Shown: positions 50,536 to 59,130 of the stretch, piece by piece | How positions within the stretch are numbered: position 1 is the stretch's first letter | Layout: every line of letters begins with the position of its first letter | From: Candidatus Peribacteria bacterium | GTDB lineage: Bacteria > Patescibacteriota > Gracilibacteria > Peribacterales > Peribacteraceae | Direction of reading: 5' to 3' | Length of the DNA: 64,000 bases | NCBI GenBank assembly: GCA_003483925.1 | Contig: DMXL01000007.1 | Location: 30,504-94,503, forward strand | Notes under the pieces: model-generated | The model's database searches: none | The model's input: only the letters and a program-made list of their open reading frames with translations | What the model was told of the DNA's origin: nothing | Translations under genes and position numbers: made by a program

Positions 50536-52194
50536 TCAATAAACAGATGAAAGATAGCAAGATTCGCAATACACGGTCTCCGGCCGCTCCGGCGCATAGG
50601 TCGTCTCTATCCCCTTCCCGCACTTCATGCACGTGCGCTTCCAGAGATGACGGGGATTACGCAGTGCCATGCGCTCGAGCATCCGCTGTTCGAAGCACTT
50701 CTTGGGAGGAGGAATCCCCATCTGACGATAGAAGGCGAACTCCTTCGGAATGATCTTGTACGGCTTCCCGCTGACAGTGCAGCGCAGAATCTTTCCGCAG
50801 AGGGACTCGTCCGATTGCTCGATCGTGTCCGGCACGGTGACTTCCGGTCCGAGATACGACTGCCCCTCGCCATCCGCGCACCACTTCCAACCGCGTTTCT
50901 CGGCCTCTTTTTGAGAGAGAGGATAGTAATCCTGCGCCATCGTTTCGTTGTATCCGAAGGGTGAGTACTTGGTGGGGAAAAATTCCCCCCACTCCTGCGT
51001 CTGCCTCATGTGGGCAATGATGCGCGGCACGAGCTCTTCGTATTCCTCTTTTGAGTACTGCTTATTGAGAATGCAGTACTTCTTGTGTTTCAAACCGCTG
51101 CACCCGAAGCAGTGCTCGCAATGGAAGCAGAGACTGCAGTAGAGAATGTCATGATCGAACCAGCAAATATCATTGAAGCAGTGCATCGTATTCGCTTCGC
51201 TCCCCACGGCTTCGTAGACCAATTCGGAACGGTCGTCATTATTCACGTCTACGGCATCTTTCATGGATGTCGCATTCGCCACGTACGCGCAATCCTGCAC
51301 GCCGATGACTTCGTAGCAGACACGCGCATTCCGCGAATTGATGATGGCATTGCCCGTGCAGTTTTCCGTATTGATCGCATCCATGTATTTGCGCGGCATT
51401 TCGCGCTTGCGCTCCTCGAAATTCTTGCGCACAAGCTTCATGTCCTGCCGAAGCTGCCGTACGAGTTCCTCGTATTTTCCTTTCGTGTACCGGACATTCC
51501 CGACGCAATACTGTGCGTTCTGGAGGTTGTAGCACGCGAAGCAATCGCGGCACCCTCGCAAGTTGTAGCCGAGAAAGCAGTCGAAACAGTTGGAACAATT
51601 CTGCAGGTACTGACAGTGATAACAGCGATCGGAATCAACGACTTCGTAACAGAGTTCGCAACTCTCGACATTGGCGCAGTCGCAGATGCTCCGCGACATT
51701 TGCGAGCGGTTGCAGTAAAAACTGTCCTCGCATCCATAGCACGTGAAAAGGAGGTAACTGTTCTTGTTCCGCAGCGAAAAATTGCAGTACTCGCTGTTTT
51801 CGTGGTCTTTGTTGATCAAACTGATCCTCGGTACCTTGAGGAAGAGTTCATGAAACTGCCCGAAGAACGGCCGCGAAAAATCGAAGCTTCTCCCGTACGC
51901 AAGCGGATCCCATTGATCACCCCAAAAAGCATCCTGGTCATACACTTTCTGCGGACTCCCCGTGGTATACATGGAGATGATCTGCCGGCCGGTGAGATCG
52001 CATTTGCGATGATAGAGAGAGCGCTCGTTGCGAAACGCCAGCCTCCTCTGCTGCCGACAATCCGGGCACAGAGTCGGCGGCGGGATGAGCTCCTTCTTTC
52101 CAGCGAAAACGGGCGATACCTTTTCGTAGAACGCGAGATCGTCGGGGGTGATCTCGAAGGATTGCCGGCATTGCGTACAGGTTTTTTGCATCAT
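50536..52194 (-). CDS. Cys-rich array paralogue G12
   Basis: The ORF track gives 50536..52215. Family alignment favours (M)MQKTCTQCRQSFEITPDDL at 52194 or 52191. The start overlaps the G13 stop (ATGATG over TGA). It ends ..CMKCGKGIETTYAPERPETVYCESCYLSSVY*. Confidence 0.8.
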   Translation of the reverse strand: MMQKTCTQCRQSFEITPDDLAFYEKVSPVFAGKKELIPPPTLCPDCRQQRRLAFRNERSLYHRKCDLTGRQIISMYTTGSPQKVYDQDAFWGDQWDPLAYGRSFDFSRPFFGQFHELFLKVPRISLINKDHENSEYCNFSLRNKNSYLLFTCYGCEDSFYCNRSQMSRSICDCANVESCELCYEVVDSDRCYHCQYLQNCSNCFDCFLGYNLRGCRDCFACYNLQNAQYCVGNVRYTKGKYEELVRQLRQDMKLVRKNFEERKREMPRKYMDAINTENCTGNAIINSRNARVCYEVIGVQDCAYVANATSMKDAVDVNNDDRSELVYEAVGSEANTMHCFNDICWFDHDILYCSLCFHCEHCFGCSGLKHKKYCILNKQYSKEEYEELVPRIIAHMRQTQEWGEFFPTKYSPFGYNETMAQDYYPLSQKEAEKRGWKWCADGEGQSYLGPEVTVPDTIEQSDESLCGKILRCTVSGKPYKIIPKEFAFYRQMGIPPPKKCFEQRMLERMALRNPRHLWKRTCMKCGKGIETTYAPERPETVYCESCYLSSVY

Positions 52195-53921
52195 ATGAGC
52201 GATTCCTGATAACACTTCTCGCAGTATATTTTCTCAGGACGATCCGGCGCGTAAGTGGTCCGGATCGCAATGCCGCATGCATCACACATGCGTTCGCAGA
52301 GAACGCGTTTGTTGCGCATCGCCATCTGTTTCCGGTAACGCGCGAAGAAGCTGGTCCGGGGCAGCGGCACATGTAACTGCTTATGGAATTTGAGTTCCTG
52401 CGGAATAATTTTGTATTGTTTTCCGCTCTCGGAGCAGGTCAGTATTTTCCTGCAAATGTCATCGGTTGCGTCGTCAATGCTGTCCGGAATCTCCACCTTC
52501 GGACCCAGGTATTGATCCTTCTTCTCTACCTCATCAAACCATCGCCAACCGCGCGCAAGAACCTCCTTTTTGGTGAGCGGGAAGTAATCTTGAGCCAGTG
52601 TCTCGTTGTAGGCAAAACACGATGTCTCCGTGGGGAAGAATTCGCCCCATTCGTGCGTTGATCGCATGTGCTCGATGATCTTCGGCACGAGTTTCTCGTA
52701 CTCCTCCTTGGTGTATTGCTTGTTCAAAATGCAGTATTCCTTGCGTCTTAAGCCGACGCAGGCAAAACAGTGCTTCGAATGGTGACACAGCTGGCAATAC
52801 ATCATATCGCTCATGCTGGCGAGCGTATGGTTGCAGAAGTAGCAGCTATGCAGCTCATATCCCGCGACGGAGCACTCGTAGAGTCTCTCCGCTTCGCCGC
52901 ATTCGTGAATGTCCATACAGTTTTTTAACGGCATGAATCCCTGGAAGACGTGCCTGCAGTCCCACAGATCTTCGCTGTCAAAGCAGTTGTAGGCGTTCTT
53001 GCAGTTCACCAAATAGTCACCAACGACATCTTCGTTCTGCACTCCGTGCATATACTTCTGCGGGAACTCCAACCTGAGCGTGTCGAAACGCCGGCGCGCG
53101 GACTCCACGACCGATTGGCTTCCGAGCATGGCGCGGAACGATTCAAATTCCTCTTTGGATACCTGCTTGTTCTCAATGAAGTACTCCTTGTTTTTCAGAT
53201 TGCTGCACATCAGACATTTTTTGCAGCCCGTGCAGTTTTTGAGGAACATCGATTCCGCGCAATTGTCGCAGTCCTGAAGGTACGACGAACCGTAGCATTT
53301 CACGCAATCGATGCATTCGTAGCAGAGTTCGGATTTCCTCGTGCGATAGCACCCAACGCAGTTTGCGCACTGGTTTATGCTGTAGCTGAAATAGCAGTCC
53401 CGGTTTTGGTCGGAATCAAAGATCAGATAGCAATCCTTGTTCTTCCCGGCGTAATTCGTGTAGTCGCAGTTTTCGTCGAACTCGTAGCCCGTCATCAGGT
53501 TCGGCCGCGGCACGGCATCGAACAGTTCTTTCCACTGTTCGAAAAACGGCCGGGGGAAATCGAAATCTCTCTGGTATGCATGCGGATCCCACTTGTCGCT
53601 GTACCAGTCCTCTTGGGCGTAGACCCTGTAAGGAGAGGATGGATGGATATTGGAAATGATCTGCGCTCCCGAAAGATCGCACTTCCTCTCGTAGAGGTTT
53701 ACGTGATTCACGTGCGATTGCCTTCGCCGCAATCTGCAATCGGGACAGAGCGTGGGAGGAGGGAGACTCATCGTTTTCCCTCCGATCTCGGGGGAAAGTT
53801 CACGCAACATGGCCAGATCTTCATCCGAGATTTCGAATGCCGATGAGCAGTGACGGCAATTTACAGACACAAAAAAAATGGTGAAGATACTAATGAGGAT
53901 CGGATTTTCGCCAAGGGTCAT
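52191..53921 (-). CDS. Cys-rich array paralogue G13 (first gene of the array, atypical N- and C-termini)
   Basis: 576 aa. MTLGENPILISIFTIFFVSV precedes the family start NCRHCSSAFEISDEDL. It ends ..CDACGIAIRTTYAPDRPEKIYCEKCYQESLI*. An internal GTG (VSVNC) is an alternative start. Confidence 0.75.
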   Translation of the reverse strand: MTLGENPILISIFTIFFVSVNCRHCSSAFEISDEDLAMLRELSPEIGGKTMSLPPPTLCPDCRLRRRQSHVNHVNLYERKCDLSGAQIISNIHPSSPYRVYAQEDWYSDKWDPHAYQRDFDFPRPFFEQWKELFDAVPRPNLMTGYEFDENCDYTNYAGKNKDCYLIFDSDQNRDCYFSYSINQCANCVGCYRTRKSELCYECIDCVKCYGSSYLQDCDNCAESMFLKNCTGCKKCLMCSNLKNKEYFIENKQVSKEEFESFRAMLGSQSVVESARRRFDTLRLEFPQKYMHGVQNEDVVGDYLVNCKNAYNCFDSEDLWDCRHVFQGFMPLKNCMDIHECGEAERLYECSVAGYELHSCYFCNHTLASMSDMMYCQLCHHSKHCFACVGLRRKEYCILNKQYTKEEYEKLVPKIIEHMRSTHEWGEFFPTETSCFAYNETLAQDYFPLTKKEVLARGWRWFDEVEKKDQYLGPKVEIPDSIDDATDDICRKILTCSESGKQYKIIPQELKFHKQLHVPLPRTSFFARYRKQMAMRNKRVLCERMCDACGIAIRTTYAPDRPEKIYCEKCYQESLI

Positions 53922-54010
53922 TGTCTACTCAAGCGTCAAATATGTCCAACAACTGGCGTTTAATCGCATGTTTTTTGCCTTATGTTAGCCAAAATCAAGA
54001 TACAAAAATC

Positions 54011-54041
54011 TGTAGAAAACTTTCTACAACAATAGTATACT
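54011..54041 (+). promoter_or_regulatory. Perfect palindrome (candidate operator) plus -10 of the flanking TrmB gene
   Basis: TGTAGAAA-AC-TTTCTACA lies at 54011-54028. TATACT lies at 54036-54041, 7 nt from the GTG start at 54049. Confidence 0.5.
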
Positions 54042-54048
54042 GATCCCG

Positions 54049-54804
54049 GTGATCACGGAACTCTTAAAGCTCGGCCTCACAGACGAGGAAGCGAAGGTGT
54101 ACCTCGCAGTTCTCGAGATCAATGGCGGGCCGGTCTCCACCATCGCGCGCAAAGCGGGCATTAATCGCGTCGGGTGCTACCACACGCTTGAGAAACTGAA
54201 GCGCAAGCGCCTCCTCTCCCAGTACGATAAGAACGGCGTGAAGTGCTTCGCGCCGGAGGAGCCCGAGAAACTCGAGGAGCTGGCGCTGGAGAGGGTGCAT
54301 ATCGCCAAGAGTCTCCTTCCCCAGCTCAAGTCCCTCACCGGATCTCTCGGATTTAAGCCCAAGATCCGCTTCTACGAAGGCCAGGAGGGCGTCGAACGCG
54401 TGTTTTCCGAGTCCTTGAGCGCCAAAAAGGAGATCCTCGGCTACACGAATCTCAAGACCGTCACGGAGTTCTTCCCGGCCTTCTTCCGAGACTACACGCA
54501 TACGCGGCTCAAGAAAGGCATCAAAACGCGCTATCTCTCACCCAATACCGCCGAGAGCGTCCACGTGATCGATCCGTTCCTCCCCCCTCGCTACGATCCG
54601 AATCTCATCGAAATCCTGCTCGTGAACAAGGAACAGTTCCCTTTCGAGAACGAAGTGCTCATCTTCGGCAATACCGTGGGCATCGTCTCCCTTAAGAAAG
54701 AAGAACTTCTGGGCCTGCTTATCGAGAGCGCTTCGTTCGCCCGCACCATGCGCGCCGTCTTCGACTTGGCATGGTTGGGGGCAACGGCGTTCGTGGCGAA
54801 GTAA
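54049..54804 (+). CDS. TrmB-like winged-helix transcriptional regulator (flanks the array, divergent)
   Basis: 251 aa with a GTG start. LGLTDEEAKVYLAVLEINGGPVSTIARKAGINRVGCYHTLEKLKRKRLL is a typical TrmB N-terminus. Confidence 0.75.
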   Translation: MITELLKLGLTDEEAKVYLAVLEINGGPVSTIARKAGINRVGCYHTLEKLKRKRLLSQYDKNGVKCFAPEEPEKLEELALERVHIAKSLLPQLKSLTGSLGFKPKIRFYEGQEGVERVFSESLSAKKEILGYTNLKTVTEFFPAFFRDYTHTRLKKGIKTRYLSPNTAESVHVIDPFLPPRYDPNLIEILLVNKEQFPFENEVLIFGNTVGIVSLKKEELLGLLIESASFARTMRAVFDLAWLGATAFVAK

Positions 54805-54885
54805 TGTGAATATGGTGAAGTGAAACGTTCATGACTCCAGTTCCCTCAGCATCGAATGACAGTTGCACGCTCTTGACGTGTCTGA

Positions 54886-54993
54886 CCCCCTCTCCCTCAC
54901 CCTCCCCCTATGGGGGAGGGAAACGTATGATCCTCTCGTCAGAGTCGGTGCCTCTGTTCCCTCTCCCGACGGGAGAGGGTAAGGGTGAGGGGG
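54886..54993. repeat. C/G-run hairpin repeat cluster
   Basis: It contains the hairpins CCCTCCCCC-tat-GGGGGAGGG (54900-54920) and CCCTCTCCC-gac-GGGAGAGGG (54959-54979). There is also a long-range ccctcaccct/agggtgaggg pairing. It translates as SPSPSPYGGG..PTGEGKGEG in a spurious ORF. Confidence 0.65.
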
Positions 54994-55121
54994 TGCGGCG
55001 GACAGAGCACTTCTTCCCCTCTCTCGACGCTGGAAACGGAAGAGCCTACGAAAGTCTCTCCCCCAAAGCTGGAGGGTTATGTGGAACTCCCACCAAGGGG
55101 ATTGAATATCTCCCCCATTTC

Positions 55122-55130
55122 TGCTATACT
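55122..55130 (+). promoter_or_regulatory. Extended -10 (TGCTATACT)
   Basis: The nonamer is identical to the one upstream of G2. It lies 24 nt upstream of the ATG at 55155. Confidence 0.4.
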
Positions 55131-55154
55131 AATGAGATTCCTACACAAAAACCC

Positions 55155-55511
55155 ATGTCCATCGAAGCCTGCATCGCGCATGCGATCCACAACGACCTCG
55201 ATATCATCGAGGCCCTTCCCGAGGTGCACGACCTCAATGTCGAGGACCTCGAGCCGTATATCGAGAGCTACATCGTCTCGGTGCAGGAGTCGCTGCGACG
55301 CGTGATCTCGGAACGCGGGGAGCCCTATCTGAAGGCAAAAGACGCCGCCGGCCTCTGCGCCACGTGCCTCGAGGAAGGGATCGGCCTTCCGCCTGCGATG
55401 CTCCTCAAAATGTGCCAGACCATCCTCCAGCTCTCCACGGTGGATGCGCGCTTCATCCTCGATACCGATCAGGGCGCGAGCCTGTACTACATGAAGATGA
55501 CCATCGCCTAA
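55155..55511 (+). CDS. Hypothetical small acidic protein (118 aa)
   Basis: The ORF track gives 54831..55511, but the first 108 codons are repeat translation. I place the start at the ATG at 55155 (MSIEACIAHAIHNDLDIIEALPEVHDL). No recognisable motif. Confidence 0.45.
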   Translation: MSIEACIAHAIHNDLDIIEALPEVHDLNVEDLEPYIESYIVSVQESLRRVISERGEPYLKAKDAAGLCATCLEEGIGLPPAMLLKMCQTILQLSTVDARFILDTDQGASLYYMKMTIA

Positions 55512-55558
55512 GGGAAGAGCATCTTCGACCTTTCCTCTTGTGCATTGTTCACTTTGCA

Positions 55559-55592
55559 GTGTCACCTTTTTCGTAACCGAAAAAGGTGACAC
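55559..55592. terminator. Bidirectional terminator (perfect 15-bp stem)
   Basis: GTGTCACCTTTTTCG-taac-CGAAAAAGGTGACAC. It sits between convergent genes (55155..55511 on + and rpsI on -). Confidence 0.7.
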
Positions 55593-55655
55593 CAAAAAGG
55601 TTCCGGCGCTGATGCTCGTCGCCTGTACGACTAAGGCTCGCAGGGCGCCGAGGGA

Positions 55656-56060
55656 TCATCTCTTCTGCCACTGTGGCGCACGGCGGGCACGCTTGAGACC
55701 CGGCTTCTTGCGTTCCTTGATACGTGCATCGCGGCGGAGGAAGCCCTCATGCTTAAGGCTGGCGCGCAGCTCGGCGTTCAGGAGGACCAGCGCGCGGCTG
55801 ATGCCGTGGCGCACGGCGTCGGACTGTGCGGACTTACCCCCTCCCAAGACCATAGCCTCGACGTCCACGGTCTTTGAGAGATTGGCGACGGTGAGGGGTG
55901 CGACGGCATTCTCGATCTGGATGCCCGCGAAGTACTCCTTGAGAGGCTTACTGTTGACCGTCACGGCACCGGAGCCGTCTTCGAAGAGGCGCACCTGCGC
56001 AATGGCGGTTTTGCGCTTCCCCACGCTGTAGTGGTACGAACGGCTGCTTGCTGCGGACAT
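55656..56060 (-). CDS. rpsI: 30S ribosomal protein S9
   Basis: Motifs GKRKTAIAQVRL, GGGKSAQSDAVRHGISRAL and the C-terminal KKPGLKRARRAPQWQKR. Confidence 0.9.
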   Translation of the reverse strand: MSAASSRSYHYSVGKRKTAIAQVRLFEDGSGAVTVNSKPLKEYFAGIQIENAVAPLTVANLSKTVDVEAMVLGGGKSAQSDAVRHGISRALVLLNAELRASLKHEGFLRRDARIKERKKPGLKRARRAPQWQKR

Positions 56061-56065
56061 AATGC

Positions 56066-56491
56066 TTAAGAGAGGGAAAGAGGAGCGGGTTTCTGTGCCT
56101 CGTGGCCGTGCAGAGCATCGGCGAAGACATGGAGACGCTTGAGCATCTGCGGACGAAGGCGATTGACGGGAAGCATCCCCTTCACCGCCCGCTCGATGAC
56201 GTTGACCGGATCACGCTCCATCATCTGCTTCAGGGAAGAGGTGTGAATGTGCCCGAGGTAGCCCGTATGCTTCACGTACGTTTTGCGATAGAGCTTGGTG
56301 GGGTGGATCCCCAGCTTGGCGGCATTGATGACGATGACATGATCGCCGCACAGCTGGTGCGGAGAATAGCTGGCGCGGTGCTTGCCACGGAGCACCGTGG
56401 ACACCTTCACCGCCAAGCGTCCCAGGGACTTGCCATCGGCATCGATCAGATGCCATTTCGGAGCCGACGGCGGGATAACGGACGTCTTCAT
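56066..56491 (-). CDS. rplM: 50S ribosomal protein L13
   Basis: Motifs WHLIDADGKSLGRLA, GDHVIVINA, YVKHTGYLG and GMLP. Confidence 0.9.
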   Translation of the reverse strand: MKTSVIPPSAPKWHLIDADGKSLGRLAVKVSTVLRGKHRASYSPHQLCGDHVIVINAAKLGIHPTKLYRKTYVKHTGYLGHIHTSSLKQMMERDPVNVIERAVKGMLPVNRLRPQMLKRLHVFADALHGHEAQKPAPLSLS

Positions 56492-56928
56492 GCTTTCTTG
56501 GCGGAAACGGCTTTCTTCTTGGATGCGGTCTTCTTCTCAGCCTCCTGTTCTTTCGCCGTCTGCGGCTGAACGGCATCGATGAGGCTCAGATCCACCAGCT
56601 GTGCGCCGTCGCCCTTGCGGGAACCCACCGCAACGGCCCGCGTGAGGCCGGAAGGACGCTTGGCGTAACGACCCACAAGCACCTCCATGATCTTGCGGCA
56701 GGCATTGCGATCCGTCACGTAGGCGTTGATGGCACGGATAGCCTGCTGCGGGCTCTTGCGCTTCGCAATCGTGATGAGACGGTCCACGACGGGCTGCACG
56801 ACCTTGGCGCGGCTGCGCGTGGTGCGCACCACTTCGTAGAGCAGCAGCGACGTCACGAGATTGCGCTGCAACAGTCTACTGTGCGCGGGTTTCTGCGTGA
56901 GCCGGAAGCGGGTGGTGCGGTGACGCAT
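56488..56928 (-). CDS. rplQ: 50S ribosomal protein L17
   Basis: Starts MRHRTTRFRLTQKPAHSRLLQRNLVTSLLLYEVVRTT. Its stop overlaps the rplM start (ATGA). Confidence 0.9.
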   Translation of the reverse strand: MRHRTTRFRLTQKPAHSRLLQRNLVTSLLLYEVVRTTRSRAKVVQPVVDRLITIAKRKSPQQAIRAINAYVTDRNACRKIMEVLVGRYAKRPSGLTRAVAVGSRKGDGAQLVDLSLIDAVQPQTAKEQEAEKKTASKKKAVSAKKA

Positions 56929-56966
56929 GGAGGAGGGATTGTCAGGATCGGATCATCATCTGTCAA

Positions 56967-57965
56967 TCAGGAGTCAAGGTTCTCTTCGGCCAGGGAGAGG
57001 CCGCGTTCGCTTAAAGTTTTGCGGACTTCTTCGAGTGCTTTCGCTCCGAAGCCGCGGAAGTTCGAGAGGCTGGCTTCCGTACATTTGGTGAGTTGCTCGA
57101 TGGAGCCGACGCCCGCATTGATGAGGGCGTTCAAGGTGCGCGGCGAGAAGTTGAGGATTTCGATCGGCGTGTAGCTCTCTTTCACCGGTGCCGTGTCCTC
57201 CGGTCCGCGCGGCCCCTGTGCCCCTGCACGTGAGAAGTCAGCGATGAAATCGCTCTCCACCACTTTGTCCGGGCTGCCGAAGTACTCGAAGTAGCTCTTG
57301 AGGAGCTGGGAAGCGAACTGGACGGCTTCCTCGGCCTTGAGCGAGCCATTCGTCATCACGTCGAGGACGAGCTTGTCGAGGTTCGTGCGCTGGCCGACGC
57401 GAGCCGACTCCACCTCGAACCGGACTTTCGAAACGGGACTGAAGACCGCGTCGATGTGGATGAGACCAGGCTCGTTCTGCTTCTTATTGCGCTCGGCAGC
57501 AGGCATGTAGCCCACACCCTTCTCCACGGTGATATCCATATCGATCTGACCGCCCTTCTCGATGGTGAGAATTGTGAGTTCCGGATCGAGAATCTCGATG
57601 TCGGACGACACCTTCAGATCCTTCGCCTTGAGGACTTTCGGACCCTTCGCGGAGAGGGTGACGACCTCCGCGTCCTTGTTGAACTTGCGGAGCTTGAGCT
57701 GCTTTAAGTTGAGGCAGATGTCGACCACGGTCTCGCGGACCCCCTTGATCGTCGTGTATTCGTGCTGAACGTTCTTCAGGCGCACGGAAGTGACCGCAGC
57801 GCCGGGGAGGCTGGAGAGCAATGCACGCCGCATCGCGTTGCCAAGCGTCATGCCGAACCCCGGAGGGAGCGGCGAGATCACGAAGATCACGTGGGTGTCA
57901 TCACCCTTTTTGACGGGTGTCGCGCTGAAGACGGGCAAACCGATTTCTTCCTGAATGATGTGCAT
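56967..57965 (-). CDS. rpoA: DNA-directed RNA polymerase subunit alpha
   Basis: The ORF track extends to 58190. The ATG at 57963-57965 gives MHIIQEEIGLPVF..ISPLPPGFGMTLGNAMRRALLSSLPGAA. The C-terminal domain contains IEILNFSPRTLNALINAGV. Confidence 0.9.
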   Translation of the reverse strand: MHIIQEEIGLPVFSATPVKKGDDTHVIFVISPLPPGFGMTLGNAMRRALLSSLPGAAVTSVRLKNVQHEYTTIKGVRETVVDICLNLKQLKLRKFNKDAEVVTLSAKGPKVLKAKDLKVSSDIEILDPELTILTIEKGGQIDMDITVEKGVGYMPAAERNKKQNEPGLIHIDAVFSPVSKVRFEVESARVGQRTNLDKLVLDVMTNGSLKAEEAVQFASQLLKSYFEYFGSPDKVVESDFIADFSRAGAQGPRGPEDTAPVKESYTPIEILNFSPRTLNALINAGVGSIEQLTKCTEASLSNFRGFGAKALEEVRKTLSERGLSLAEENLDS

Positions 57966-58029
57966 GGGCGAAGAAGGGAAGAGAATGGTGGAGAGAAAAG
58001 GGGGAGACCCCGGAGACCGGGGGTGAAGA

Positions 58030-58647
58030 TCAACTTCGCGAGTAGAACTCGATGACCTGACGCATATCGATGGCCTGTTCCGCCGCATCGGGCTCAGGCA
58101 GCGCCGCAACCTCGAACTTGAGGGCACCTCCATCGACACGCATCCACTTGGGAGGGAGATACTTCTCATGCGCGGCAGTGATGGTGGCAAAGACCGGCGA
58201 CCCTTTGGATCGCGGTCGAACGGAGACGACGTCGCCCTGTTTCAGGCGATACGACGGCACCGTGACGCGGCGCCCGTTGATCATGAAATGCCCATGGCCA
58301 GCAAACTGGCGGGCCTGGAAGCGCGTGAGAGCGAATCCGGCACGGTAGATGGCGTTGTCGAGCCGACGCTCGAGCAACTGTTTGAAGACATCACCCGTCT
58401 GCCCCTTGATGGAGCTCGCCTCATGGTAGAGGCGCGCAAACTGGCGCTCGGAGAGACCGTAAATATCACGCACTTTCTGCTTCTCCATGAGCTGCTGCGC
58501 ATACGGCGACTTACGACCGGCACGATCGCGCGCCGACTTTCCCGGCGGCTGCGGTTTGCGCGCGAGGATCTTGTCGTACTTGTCGCTTCCGTAGAGATTC
58601 ACTCCCTGTCTGCGACAACGCCGTGCTTTGGGTCCGATATACTTCAT
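58030..58647 (-). CDS. rpsD: 30S ribosomal protein S4
   Basis: Motifs MKYIGPKARRCRRQGVNLY, YAQQLMEKQKVR and LERRLDNAIYRAGFA. Confidence 0.9.
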   Translation of the reverse strand: MKYIGPKARRCRRQGVNLYGSDKYDKILARKPQPPGKSARDRAGRKSPYAQQLMEKQKVRDIYGLSERQFARLYHEASSIKGQTGDVFKQLLERRLDNAIYRAGFALTRFQARQFAGHGHFMINGRRVTVPSYRLKQGDVVSVRPRSKGSPVFATITAAHEKYLPPKWMRVDGGALKFEVAALPEPDAAEQAIDMRQVIEFYSRS

Positions 58648-58668
58648 GAAAGAGGAAAAGGGGAATGC

Positions 58669-59112
58669 TTAGACGCGCCGTCTGCGCCGCGGTCGGCACC
58701 CGCCGTGAGGAATGGGGGTAACATCGACAATCGCATCAAGGTTGAGTCCCGCACCCTGGAGGCCACGGATGGCCTGTTCCCGTCCGGGGCCGAGCCCCTT
58801 CACCTCCACACGCACCGATTGAATGCCGAAGCCCGCGACCGTCTCCGCCGCTTTCTCTGCAGCGACTTTGGCCGCATAGGGCGTGGACTTGCGCGTACCG
58901 GCGAACCCACACAACCCCGCGGAGGCTCCGCCGAGCTTGTTCCCTTCGAGATCCGTGAATGTCACGATCGTGTTGTTCTCACCGGCGCGAATGCACACGC
59001 GTGCCTGCGGCACGGTGCGCTTCACCTTCTTGCGACGCACCTTCGGCGCCGCACCTTCGGTGGCGGGGGTCAGAGCTTGCTCGGTGGTGGACTTCTTCTG
59101 CTCGGGGTCCAT
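58669..59112 (-). CDS. rpsK: 30S ribosomal protein S11
   Basis: Motifs ENNTIVTFTDLEGN, GTRKSTPYAA and VKGLGPGREQAIRGL. It has an N-terminal extension of about 30 aa. Confidence 0.9.
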   Translation of the reverse strand: MDPEQKKSTTEQALTPATEGAAPKVRRKKVKRTVPQARVCIRAGENNTIVTFTDLEGNKLGGASAGLCGFAGTRKSTPYAAKVAAEKAAETVAGFGIQSVRVEVKGLGPGREQAIRGLQGAGLNLDAIVDVTPIPHGGCRPRRRRRV

Positions 59113-59130
59113 GAGAAAGGAAAGGGGGGA

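Noticed and set aside
30054-53921. CRISPR array or diversity-generating retroelement as an explanation for the periodic repeats
   Set aside because: The period is about 1.7 kb and corresponds to full-length protein genes. I saw no short direct repeats with unique spacers, no cas genes, no reverse transcriptase, and no template/variable repeat pair.
54831-55154. First 108 codons of the 226-aa ORF at 54831..55511
   Set aside because: They translate hairpin repeats (SPSPSPYGGG, PTGEGKGEG). An extended -10 and an ATG at 55155 give a more plausible 118-aa protein.
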